Origin: Desulfobacteraceae bacterium
GTDB lineage: Bacteria > Desulfobacterota > Desulfobacteria > Desulfobacterales > JAJDOA01
Direction: 5' to 3'
Assembly (NCBI GenBank): GCA_022340405.1
Contig: JAJDOA010000331.1
Location: 1-38,235, forward strand
Length of the DNA: 38,235 bases
Below are positions 1 to 8,241 of the stretch, in pieces (position 1 is the first letter of the stretch; each line of letters starts with the position of its first letter). The notes beneath the pieces are model-generated. The model was given only the letters and a program-made list of their open reading frames with translations. It ran no database searches and was not told where the DNA came from. The position numbers and the translations under genes are program-made.

Positions 1-173
1 TTTGTCAAAAGTATGTTCCGATTGGAACGGCCTTTTCTTGCTTTTCAAGGGGCGGGGTTGATCCCCGCCCGTTCGGGGTAGGTGATCCCATCAGCGGGAG
101 GGGATAAACCCCTCCCCTACGGTTCAAGCGAAAAGCATGCTGGAAACGGAACAGAATTCTGACAATCGCTATA
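1..173. mobile_element. MITE-like element, family C copy 1 (left end cut by window), carrying a REP pair
   Basis: Begins ttgtcaaaagtatgttccgattgg and ends ggaaacggaacagaattctgacaatcgctata. Both ends match the reverse complement of the ends of 28635-28763; the interiors differ. Inferred TIR ~tatagcgattgtca. Confidence 0.7.
48..120. repeat. Inverted pair of GTAG-type REP palindromes (REPIN-like)
   Basis: (caag)gggcgggg-ttgat-ccccgccc at ~46-70. The reverse complement of 95-120 is gtag-gggagggg-tttat-cccctccc-g. Both have an 8-bp stem and 5-nt loop; only the second keeps an intact GTAG foot. Confidence 0.7.
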
Positions 174-305
174 AATTAGGCTTTTGGTTCAAGGTCAAGG
201 AGGATTCGAGTTTTCAGCCGCAGGAATAGTTGTGTATTTCGAGGACTGGAAACGAGGTCCCGACGCCGAGATTGGGCCAAAAGACAATGTAGAAACAGCT
301 CCTAG
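172..305 (+). mobile_element. MITE-like element, family A copy 1 (left TIR interrupted)
   Basis: Colinear and highly similar to 38002-38147 (aattagg..ttcaaggtcaaggagg..cagccgcaggaata..tcgaggactggaaacgagg..aaagacaat). Ends in ctag. Confidence 0.75.
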
Positions 306-450
306 TGTCCTGTCCCACAAGTTACGAGCAGAGGGAAAGGGTCTCGTGTTGCGTCAAGCCTAAGGAGTCGATCCACAAAGCACGAAATTCGAATATCGAA
401 ACTCGAAACAATATCGAATGACCGAAATTGAAGAAACATCCGGGACACTA
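303..450 (+). mobile_element. MITE-like element, family B copy 1
   Basis: Terminal inverted repeat tagtgtcc...ggacacta, with an internal heptamer-like array aaattcg aatatcg aaactcg aaacaat. Homologous to 23019-23137 and, inverted, to 37697-38004. Confidence 0.7.
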
Positions 451-560
451 CAGTCGAGCGTGTAGGAACTTTCTGTGGTATGCCGCGGGGAATGCGCTTG
501 GCATTGTTGTTTGAGCATTGAGAGGACGGCTTCTTCGGCCGTCCTCCCTGGGAGGGAACC

Positions 561-1340
561 ATGCCGCATCGTCCCATCGTGATTGTCACCGGGGCCTCGC
601 GCGGAATCGGGGCCGCCGTAGCACGCCGTCTCGGAGAGAGCGGTGCCGGAGTCACCCTGCTGGCCCGCAGTGAACCCCGGCTGGAAGCCGCTGCCGATGC
701 GGTGCGCGCTGCCGGAGGACTGGCGGAAACGGTCGTGGGTGACGTGTCCGATCCCGAGGTTTGCCGGGAGACGGTGGAGAGGACACTGGACCGTTTCGGG
801 CGCATCGACGGATTGGTCAACAACGCCGGCGTCATCGAGCCTCTTTCCGTCACGGGCGTGGCGGACCTGTCGCGCTGGCGATACAACTTGGAGGTCAACG
901 TGTACGGCCCCTTCGCCTTGATGCGTTACGCTTCGGAGGCGTTGCGGAAACGTCACGGAAGGGTGGTGAACGTCAGCAGCGGGGCGGCCAGCCGGCCCAT
1001 CCCGGCCGCAGGCGCATACTGCGCGGCGAAAGCCGCTCTCACCCATCTGACGCGTGTTTTTGCCGAGGAGGAGCCGGCGGTCACCGCACTCTGCGTGCGC
1101 CCGGGTGTGGTGGATACGGCCATGCAGGCGGTGCTCCGCCGCCAGGGTCCGGAGCATATGCCCCCGGAGGATGCCGCATTCTACCAGCAGCTCCACGAGG
1201 AGGGGCGACTGGAGCCACCGGAGGTTCCCGGCAGGGCCATTGCCTGGCTGGTCCTCCACGCTCCAAAGGAATGGAGCGGGTCGTTTCTGGACTATGACGA
1301 TCCGATGATCGCCGCACCGGCAGCGCAACCCTCGTGGTAG
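561..1340 (+). CDS. Short-chain dehydrogenase/reductase (SDR) family NAD(P)-dependent oxidoreductase
   Basis: TGASRGIG Rossmann motif, NNAG, NVSS and catalytic YxxxK (YCAAK); RBS ggaggg. Confidence 0.95.
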   Translation: MPHRPIVIVTGASRGIGAAVARRLGESGAGVTLLARSEPRLEAAADAVRAAGGLAETVVGDVSDPEVCRETVERTLDRFGRIDGLVNNAGVIEPLSVTGVADLSRWRYNLEVNVYGPFALMRYASEALRKRHGRVVNVSSGAASRPIPAAGAYCAAKAALTHLTRVFAEEEPAVTALCVRPGVVDTAMQAVLRRQGPEHMPPEDAAFYQQLHEEGRLEPPEVPGRAIAWLVLHAPKEWSGSFLDYDDPMIAAPAAQPSW

Positions 1341-1398
1341 GGGGAGCCGGGATATCGTGGCCGCAATGGACGAAAACGTCCGGGAAGGAGAGGATTCC

Positions 1399-1962
1399 AT
1401 GAGCAAGAAAGTGCTGGTGCCCATTGCCGACGGTTCAGAGGAAATCGAGGCGGTGTGTATCATCGACGTTTTGCGCAGGGCGGGTGCGGAAGTGACGGTG
1501 GCCTCGGTGGGACCGCTGAAGATCACCGCGTCGCGGGGGGTCAAGATCGAGGCCGATCGCTCCATTGCGGAATGCCTCGGCGAGCAGTGGGACCTGGTGG
1601 CGGTCCCCGGGGGCATACCGGGGGCCGAAGCGCTTCATGGCAGCCCGGATCTCTCCCGCATACTGAAGCGCCAGCAGCAAGAAGGCAAGCCCTACGCCGC
1701 CATATGCGCGGCTCCGGCCGTGGTACTGGAACCGCAGGGGCTGCTCGATGGTCGAAAGGCCACGGCTCACCCCGGATTCGCGGACCGGCTGACGAACCGC
1801 GAGGCCGTCGAAGCCCGCGTGGTCGTGGACGGCAACGTCGTGACCAGCCGGGGGCCCGGAACCGCCATCGAGTTTGCCCTGGCGCTGGTGTCTCTGCTGT
1901 ACGGCGAGGAAAAGGCGGCGGAGGTGGCCGAACCGATGCTGGTCAGACCGTTCCCGTCATGA
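1399..1962 (+). CDS. DJ-1/PfpI (ThiJ/YajL) family protein
   Basis: GSEEIE, PGG, AICAAP nucleophile elbow and TSRGPGTA. ATG at 1399 follows ggagagga. Confidence 0.95.
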   Translation: MSKKVLVPIADGSEEIEAVCIIDVLRRAGAEVTVASVGPLKITASRGVKIEADRSIAECLGEQWDLVAVPGGIPGAEALHGSPDLSRILKRQQQEGKPYAAICAAPAVVLEPQGLLDGRKATAHPGFADRLTNREAVEARVVVDGNVVTSRGPGTAIEFALALVSLLYGEEKAAEVAEPMLVRPFPS

Positions 1963-2941
1963 TGCCGGAATCGGTGGGACCGCGGAAGGGAAGCCGCCGA
2001 ATCTCCTTTAGCCCGGCGCCGGCCATGAGTTCGCGCAATTCGGACTCGCTGTAGGCACGACCCTCTTCTGTGCCCAGCAGCATATTGAGGGAAAACAGGG
2101 CCGGGAACAACGGCTCGGCCCGGGTGTCGTCCAGGATGAATTCGTGGACGAAGAGCCGGCCCCCCGGCGCCAGCGATTTTCCCGCCCGTTCCAGGATGCG
2201 CCGGCAGGCCTCTGGTCCCTCGGCATGGAGGATGTGGGACAGCCAGGCCACGTCGAAGCCCGTGGGGAGCTCGTCCTCCAGGTAGTTTCCGGGGTGGAAG
2301 TCAATGCGGTCGGACAGGTCGAAGGCCGCCACGGTCTCCTGGGCGAAGGGCTCGGTGGTGGGTAGGTCGAAGACGGTGGCGGACATTTCGGGATACCGCC
2401 GGCAGAAGTGGATGGCGTAGGTGCCGGGTCCGCCGCCCAGGTCCAGAAAGCGCCCAGGCCGGTCCAGATCCACGGACGCCACCAGCGCCGGCGCCAGGAG
2501 CATGGCGTTGTTGAACATGCCCATCAGAAAGCTTTCCCGCCGCTGGTCGTCGGAAAAGGCGGTCCGGTTGCGCACCGGTCTTCCGGAAAGCACGGACTGG
2601 TCCAGTTGAAACCAGGATTCGACCAAGTGATGATGATGCAGGATCATGTGCCCGAGATAGCGAGGCGAAGATCGATCCAGATAGGTCATTCCGGCTTCGG
2701 TTCCGATGTAGCCGTCCTCGTCCTTTGCCAGCAGCCCCAGAGCGCATACGGCATTGAGCAGTCTCTGGGTCGCATCGTAGTCGGAACCGATTTCATCCGC
2801 AATTTCAGCCACTTTACGCGGATAGCTGCCGATAATGGAAAACACGCCCAGCTTGACGGCCGCATGTAGCGTGCAGGTTTTCCAGTAGTAGCCGGATGCT
2901 TCCAGTATCTTCCCCGGTGTCCAGTCCTCGGCGCGGTCCAT
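1943..2941 (-). CDS. SAM-dependent O-methyltransferase with N-terminal dimerisation domain (Methyltransf_2 type)
   Basis: LDLGGGPG SAM motif, FDLP, LSHILH and SLNML..TEEGRAYS. Confidence 0.92.
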   Translation of the reverse strand: MDRAEDWTPGKILEASGYYWKTCTLHAAVKLGVFSIIGSYPRKVAEIADEIGSDYDATQRLLNAVCALGLLAKDEDGYIGTEAGMTYLDRSSPRYLGHMILHHHHLVESWFQLDQSVLSGRPVRNRTAFSDDQRRESFLMGMFNNAMLLAPALVASVDLDRPGRFLDLGGGPGTYAIHFCRRYPEMSATVFDLPTTEPFAQETVAAFDLSDRIDFHPGNYLEDELPTGFDVAWLSHILHAEGPEACRRILERAGKSLAPGGRLFVHEFILDDTRAEPLFPALFSLNMLLGTEEGRAYSESELRELMAGAGLKEIRRLPFRGPTDSGIMTGTV

Positions 2942-2991
2942 GGCTCTGATCCTTGCCTTTGGTAACGGCGGTCCGTTGCTTCCGAAAGGCT

Positions 2992-3375
2992 CTATGCCGG
3001 TGGCAGCAGTTCTCGAATGGCGGCGGACAGCGCCTCCATGTTGAACGGTTTTTGGATGAAGCCGTCGCAGCCCCGCTTCAATATGTCGGCGGCTTCACCG
3101 TCGGCGCTGTAGCCGCTGGATAGCAGCACTTTGGCACCGGCACGCAGCTCCCGAATGCGGTCGAAGGCATCCCCCCCGGACATGTCCGGCAGGATCAGAT
3201 CCAAAATGACCAGAGCGATTCGTTCCCGGTGCTCTTGGTAGCACGCCAAGGCCTCGGCACCCGAAGAGGCCGTGAGAACGGCGTAACCCATCCGCTCCAG
3301 CATTTTGGAGCCGACTTCCCGTATAATCTCCTCGTCGTCCACCAGCAGCAGGGTTTGCCTCTGTTGACTTTCCAT
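2992..3375 (-). CDS. Single-domain response regulator (receiver only)
   Basis: LLVDDE, phospho-Asp in ILDLILP, SSGY and QKPF; no output domain. Confidence 0.9.
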   Translation of the reverse strand: MESQQRQTLLLVDDEEIIREVGSKMLERMGYAVLTASSGAEALACYQEHRERIALVILDLILPDMSGGDAFDRIRELRAGAKVLLSSGYSADGEAADILKRGCDGFIQKPFNMEALSAAIRELLPPA

Positions 3376-3503
3376 TTTCGGGATCTCGTCGTTTTCAAAG
3401 AGACGGCAAAAAGCCGGTCGCCTCTTTTCTCGATTTATCGGGACAATCGATCGCCCGTGGCGCATTTTCCGCCGGTTGCGGCGCCGGCGCTCCTACAGTG
3501 CCC

Positions 3504-4802
3504 CTACCGCAGGGCCAGGAGGCTGATGGCGGGAACATACGTTACCAGAACCAGAACGACCAGCATCCACACCAGATAGGGAAGCGACGCACGATACAGC
3601 TGCGTCACCGGCTGCCGAAACTTCATGCTGGCAATGAAAAGATTCATGCCGATGGGGGGCGTCGAGTAACCAATCTCCAGATTAATGAGGAATATCACGC
3701 CAAGGTGGAAGGGATCAATACCATAGGTCAGGGCAATGGGCACGATAATGGGCACGATGATGACAATGGCCGAAAACACATCCATGAAACATCCTACCAG
3801 CAGCAAAAACCCATTCAGACCGGCCAAAAAGACCCACCGGTTGTCGGTCCACCCGGTCATGAGCTCGAGGATCCGCGATGGAATCTGCTGATCGACCAGG
3901 TAGCCGGTGAACCCAAGAGAAAAGCCCAGTATGACAATGATGGCGCCGGAGAGAAGGCAGCTTTCCACGACAATGGCCGGCAACTGACGGAAAAAGCGCA
4001 CCTCCCGGAGAACGAAACACTCCACGACGACAGCATAGACGAGAACGAGGGCGGAAACCTCGGCAATGGTGACATAGCCTCCGTAAACGCCGACCAGGGT
4101 AATGCCGATCACCGGAAGATCCCAGGCCGCCGCCCGAGCGGCTTTTAGAAGCCGCCTTCCGGAAAACGGGTCCCGGCTTGCGGTTTCCGCACCGGACCTC
4201 CGGCGGGAGGTTTCGTGCAGCACGGCGTAGCTCGAGATGACGGCCACCAGAAGGATTCCGGGGACCAAGGCCGCCAGGAAGAGATCGGCGATATCCACCT
4301 GGGCGACCACGCCGTAGAGAATGATCGGAAGGCTTGGTGGAAACAGCAGCCCCAAGCTGCCGGAGGTTGTGAGCAGCCCGAGGGAGAATCGCTTGGGATG
4401 GCGGTACTTGCGCAGAACCGGATAGAGCACGCCGCCCAGGGCAACGATTGTGACGCCGCTGGCACCGGTGAGGGCGGTGAACAAGGCGCAGGAGATCAGC
4501 GCCGCAACGGCGAGCCCGCCGGGCATCCAGCCGAACAGGGCCTGCATGAACGCCATGATGCGCCGGGGGGCCTCCGTGGCAGTGAGAAGCGCTCCCACGA
4601 AGGTAAACAGTGGCAGGGCAACGAGGACGGGCATCGAGGCCAGCCGATTCATCTCAATGAGAACGGTCTGCAACGCGAGGGGATCGTGGTCGACGGCGTA
4701 CAGGCAGACAACGGATATTCCGGCGATGAGGACGAAAATCGGTGTTTCCAACAAGGCAAGGACCGTGAAAACGGCCAGAATGGCAAAAAAACCCGTCGTC
4801 AT
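3504..4802 (-). CDS. dctM: TRAP transporter large permease
   Basis: Polytopic hydrophobic protein with GSLGLLFPPS and IGYSTPPIGMNLF motifs. ATG overlaps the dctQ stop. Confidence 0.93.
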   Translation of the reverse strand: MTTGFFAILAVFTVLALLETPIFVLIAGISVVCLYAVDHDPLALQTVLIEMNRLASMPVLVALPLFTFVGALLTATEAPRRIMAFMQALFGWMPGGLAVAALISCALFTALTGASGVTIVALGGVLYPVLRKYRHPKRFSLGLLTTSGSLGLLFPPSLPIILYGVVAQVDIADLFLAALVPGILLVAVISSYAVLHETSRRRSGAETASRDPFSGRRLLKAARAAAWDLPVIGITLVGVYGGYVTIAEVSALVLVYAVVVECFVLREVRFFRQLPAIVVESCLLSGAIIVILGFSLGFTGYLVDQQIPSRILELMTGWTDNRWVFLAGLNGFLLLVGCFMDVFSAIVIIVPIIVPIALTYGIDPFHLGVIFLINLEIGYSTPPIGMNLFIASMKFRQPVTQLYRASLPYLVWMLVVLVLVTYVPAISLLALR

Positions 4803-5302
4803 AGGCCGTTCGTCTCCGGGGCGGTGCGGGAGCCGGGCGGTTGTTTTTCCGCCAAGACGGCTTCCAGCATCTGAAGGACGAAGCGGAAGGAGCAAACCGA
4901 AAAAAAGATGGGAAAAATGACCGAGAGCCAACCCCGGGAGCCGAAAATGGCCACATCGTTGCGGACAAAGGAAAAGGAGGCGAGAAAAAGGACGGTCATC
5001 ACGACAGCGCCGAAGGCATTGACAATCCCTGCGGCCCACCGCCTGCCCTTCGGCGGTGCATACCGCAGCAGCACTTCCAGTCGGATATGGCGACCGTCTC
5101 GCAACGCCAGAGACCCCCCCGCCAGCGCAAGCCAGAGCACGAACACGGGGCTCAACTCCAGAAGCTCCGGTCGGGAATAATGGAAAAGGTTTCTCCCGGC
5201 GATGGTGAAAACGATAATCGACACCAGCGCGGCAAACAGCGCGACCACGAGAATTCGTTCACCGGCGGCCAGCAAGGCATCGATCCGTCTTAGTGCGTTC
5301 AC
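4799..5302 (-). CDS. dctQ: TRAP transporter small permease
   Basis: About four TM segments and a GRHIRLE motif; lies between dctP and dctM. Confidence 0.9.
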   Translation of the reverse strand: MNALRRIDALLAAGERILVVALFAALVSIIVFTIAGRNLFHYSRPELLELSPVFVLWLALAGGSLALRDGRHIRLEVLLRYAPPKGRRWAAGIVNAFGAVVMTVLFLASFSFVRNDVAIFGSRGWLSVIFPIFFSVCSFRFVLQMLEAVLAEKQPPGSRTAPETNGL

Positions 5303-5329
5303 GAGGTCTCTATCCGATGGGCAAAAATA

Positions 5330-6367
5330 TTACGGAGAGGCGTTCTGTCCCCGAGAGGTACGGAAATCCTTCAAAAGGGACTGGACCCGTTGAAACAGAT
5401 CCGCACTGTATAGCTCTCCCGTATGTTTTTCATAGGTTTTCCGAGCATTTTCCTCAAAACTTTTCACCTGCTCCGGTGCCGGCGTCACGAGCCGGATGCC
5501 GCTTTCCTTGAGAACCGCCACGGCCTCCCGGTTTTCGGTTCGGGTCAGCTCTACCAGTTCCCGACAGTAGCGACGGGCCAGATCTTTCAAAATGCGCTGG
5601 TTCTCCGGCGAAAGTTGCTGAAAGGTGCGGCGGCTGATCAAAAGGGCTCCGGTGGAGTTCACCATGGGGTAATCCATCATGTACCGGATGCGCGTATACC
5701 ACTGAAACGCCACGGCCGCCAGCGGCGGAGAATAGAAGGCGTTGATCATGCCGGTCTCCAGGCCGGTGTTCACGTCCGCCAGATGAAGCGGAACGGTGGG
5801 GATGCCGAAGGTCTCCAGAAAGGTTTGGGCCACCGGATCTCCTTTCCAGGACCACATCCGGATCTCCTGAAGGGCACCCGGTGCCGACGGATCGGGTTCG
5901 GAAAAAAAGTATACGAACCCGGCTTCGGCAAATCCCAGCAAAACGAAGCCTTTTTTCTCGAGGCCCTGGGCAAAGCGGTCGTAAAGCGCTGCCTTGACGT
6001 GGTCCACCTCCGCATAGCTACGAAACAGAAGCGGTGCTTCGAGAATGCGGATCTCGGGCAGAAGAATGCCCAACCCGACCCCTGAAAAGCCGGCGGCGTG
6101 AATCCGGTTCGAACGCATCTTCCGCAGCACGTCCAGTTCGTCTCCACTCACCCCTCCGGCATAGATTTGGAATTGTACCTCCCCGCCGGTTTCATCGGTG
6201 ACGTCCCTGGCAAATCGGTGCAACGTCTCGGTCCAAGTGCTGCCTTCCGGTGTCACCAGCGCAATCTTGATCGTCGTGACGGCCGACGCCTCACCGGCCG
6301 GAACGACGATTGCCGCAGTTGTCAGGGTCAAAATCGCCAGCACCAGCGCAAACGGTTTGAGTGGCAT
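5330..6367 (-). CDS. dctP: TRAP substrate-binding protein DctP (TatP-type)
   Basis: Signal peptide, IKIALVTPEGSTW, YAGGVSGDE..VLRKMR and LETGMINA. Alternative start at 6415. Confidence 0.93.
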   Translation of the reverse strand: MPLKPFALVLAILTLTTAAIVVPAGEASAVTTIKIALVTPEGSTWTETLHRFARDVTDETGGEVQFQIYAGGVSGDELDVLRKMRSNRIHAAGFSGVGLGILLPEIRILEAPLLFRSYAEVDHVKAALYDRFAQGLEKKGFVLLGFAEAGFVYFFSEPDPSAPGALQEIRMWSWKGDPVAQTFLETFGIPTVPLHLADVNTGLETGMINAFYSPPLAAVAFQWYTRIRYMMDYPMVNSTGALLISRRTFQQLSPENQRILKDLARRYCRELVELTRTENREAVAVLKESGIRLVTPAPEQVKSFEENARKTYEKHTGELYSADLFQRVQSLLKDFRTSRGQNASP

Positions 6368-6411
6368 TATCGTATCCTTTCGGCGAAGGGAACTCGCTTG
6401 CGGTCGCCGGT

Positions 6412-7332
6412 TCATTCGAACAGCCGATCGACGCCATCACGGTAGATACGGGCTTTTTCCACGGCAATTCGATTGAGCAGCGGATAGGCTTCGATGGCCC
6501 CAGCACGGCGAAGCACATCCGCCAGCTCGGCTTCAAAAGCTTGCCGTTCCTGCCGGCCCACCAGCAGGTATCGGGCATGGTAGACATCGGCGAGGAGGAA
6601 TTCCGGCCCTGCCAAACCCCGCAGCTTTTCATAATGCTCCGCCGCCCGTCGAAGGTCACCACCCATCATGGGGGGGCGTGCGGCGAAATAGGTCATCAGC
6701 ACCAGATGTGCGGCACCGTGATAGTAGGCCGGCTGCAGTTGGAGCACACGCTCCATGGAACGCCGCACCAGATGCGCCTGGGCTACGGACCGGACAGACT
6801 GTCGGTTCAGGTTGACCCAGGCACCGAGATTGAACCCGTACCAGAACAGCGCCGGCACATCTTTTCGGGAGAGGCTCTCAAAAAAGGGGGCGACCTTGGT
6901 CACGTCCCGCAATCGACCCCGTACATCCGGATGGCTCAATTCCAGCGCCTGCAATGCGAACTCCGCCCCGCGCCCATAGTAGCGGTCCAGGGCCGTCACG
7001 GTATCGGGCGGAGGTGTTGTTTCCAGCAACTGGCCGGATTCCCACACGGGTTCGAAAACGGAAAACGCGTAGGCGGCGTACAAGCGGGATATCAGCAGGG
7101 GCAAGGTTCGGTTGTCCGGGCGAGCGGCATACAGGGCTTCAAGCTGTTTGATCTGGGCGGGAATGGCTTCGGCCAGAAGCCGAAGGTCCGTTTCCTGCTC
7201 CACGGCATCCGTTCCAGCCGCCATCACCTCCACCATTTCATCGATCAGGACATGGCGCATGGAGCAACCTTGGCCCGCCAAGGCCAAGAACAGGCACACA
7301 CCTGCCACAGTCCTCACGCATCTCGGCACCAT
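6412..7332 (-). CDS. TRAP transporter TatT component (TPR-like lipoprotein)
   Basis: Lipoprotein-type signal (..LFLALAGQGC) and a helical body with RPPMMGGD..AAEHY and LLNRIA..KA; directly upstream of dctP. Confidence 0.85.
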   Translation of the reverse strand: MVPRCVRTVAGVCLFLALAGQGCSMRHVLIDEMVEVMAAGTDAVEQETDLRLLAEAIPAQIKQLEALYAARPDNRTLPLLISRLYAAYAFSVFEPVWESGQLLETTPPPDTVTALDRYYGRGAEFALQALELSHPDVRGRLRDVTKVAPFFESLSRKDVPALFWYGFNLGAWVNLNRQSVRSVAQAHLVRRSMERVLQLQPAYYHGAAHLVLMTYFAARPPMMGGDLRRAAEHYEKLRGLAGPEFLLADVYHARYLLVGRQERQAFEAELADVLRRAGAIEAYPLLNRIAVEKARIYRDGVDRLFE

Positions 7333-7630
7333 CGTTTGCCCCTTCCTGCCGGAATTCCCGGTGTTTCCGTCCCGGAATGGATAGCACGGGCGGTTGGCCG
7401 GTTCAAGGATTGAAGATGGTTCCGCGGTCCCGTGATCGGGATGCCATGGCGCACCCCCCCGGTTCGCGTTCGGCAAAAACCCGCCAAGGGGGAAGCCCCA
7501 CGCTGACATCGGTGCGGATTTCGAAAGCGCTTTTCGACCTTTTCCGATCTTTTTTGTAACCAAACCACAGGCGATGTCTCTATAGAGTCAGGAGAATGCC
7601 ATACAACTCCATTCTCAACCTCCTTCATTA

Positions 7631-7673
7631 GGCCCCGAAGGCTAACCTTCGCCTTCGGGGCCCCTCCCTTTTG
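7631..7673. terminator. Strong hairpin, possible intrinsic terminator
   Basis: Perfect 12-bp stem ggccccgaaggc/gccttcggggcc with an 8-nt loop, followed by cctcccttt. The U-tract is weak. Confidence 0.35.
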
Positions 7674-7739
7674 GGCCCCCGAAATCCCCAAGTACCGGCA
7701 GCAGCGCTCCGCTTCGGATTCGAGTCCGGTTTGCCGCCG

Positions 7740-7765
7740 CGAGCGGGGATGAACCCCTCCCCTTC
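7740..7765 (-). repeat. Degenerate single REP copy
   Basis: cgagcggggatgaacccctccccttc aligns with cgggaggggataaacccctcccctac (95-120). Confidence 0.55.
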
Positions 7766-7766
7766 G

Positions 7767-7796
7767 TTGACAATCCAGCAGCCCTCCATATATAGC
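7767..7796 (+). promoter_or_regulatory. Candidate sigma-70 promoter for the pduO operon
   Basis: Perfect TTGACA at 7767 with tatata/tatagc 16-18 nt downstream. Confidence 0.4.
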
Positions 7797-7819
7797 TGTA
7801 CCGAATTGCATCGGAGCCC

Positions 7820-8072
7820 CTAGGAGGCTTTGGATAAACAAGCATTCCGCCTTCAGACAAGAGGCTCTCCGCCAGTTCTGAGAAATCAGCCGAGTCATCC
7901 CGCAACGCGGGAGACGCAGCCGATGGGGTGGCCGCAGGCGTAGCGTGGCTACGTCGAGGATCGACCCGAGGTGAGAGGCACTCCTTATGCTTTGTACGAT
8001 CCGTTGTGTCATCCCGCATAGCGGGAGACGCCGTATCAAGGTGGAAGGCGCCGTTTATCCACAGCCTCCTAG
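7820..8072. mobile_element. MITE, family D (253 bp including both CTAG ends)
   Basis: ctaggaggctttggataaac (7820-7839) and gtttatccacagcctcctag (8053-8072) are a 19/20 inverted match. No coding capacity for a transposase. Confidence 0.8.
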
Positions 8073-8241
8073 AGCGGGCCTCGTCGATTGAAACGATGAA
8101 AAGCGCCCCACCGCGAGCGGCAAGGGATCTTTCTGTCAAGGAATTCAACATGTTGATTCGCTCGCTGCCCGCTGTCCTGTCGATCGGGTTGTCCGCTTCC
8201 TTCCGACAAGCGGCGGGGTGTGCGCTCGCTGGCGCCGGTTC

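Noticed and set aside
380-430. Heptamer arrays or REP palindromes as a CRISPR array
   Set aside because: No regular repeat-spacer periodicity and no cas genes.
1943-1962. 20-bp convergent overlap of the DJ-1 and methyltransferase genes
   Set aside because: Short tail-to-tail overlaps are common, and nothing suggests a special function.
7596-7631. 11-codon ORF MPYNSILNLLH after aggag
   Set aside because: The RBS is only 1 nt from the ATG and there is no other support.
7700-7740. ggattcgagtcc resembling a tRNA T-arm
   Set aside because: No acceptor, D or anticodon stems could be built, and the T-loop lacks the GTTC consensus.
8073-8241. Cobalamin riboswitch upstream of pduO
   Set aside because: Core motifs (AGGGAA, GCCCCCGC.ACTGT, GCCACTG, GGGAAG) were not found in order.
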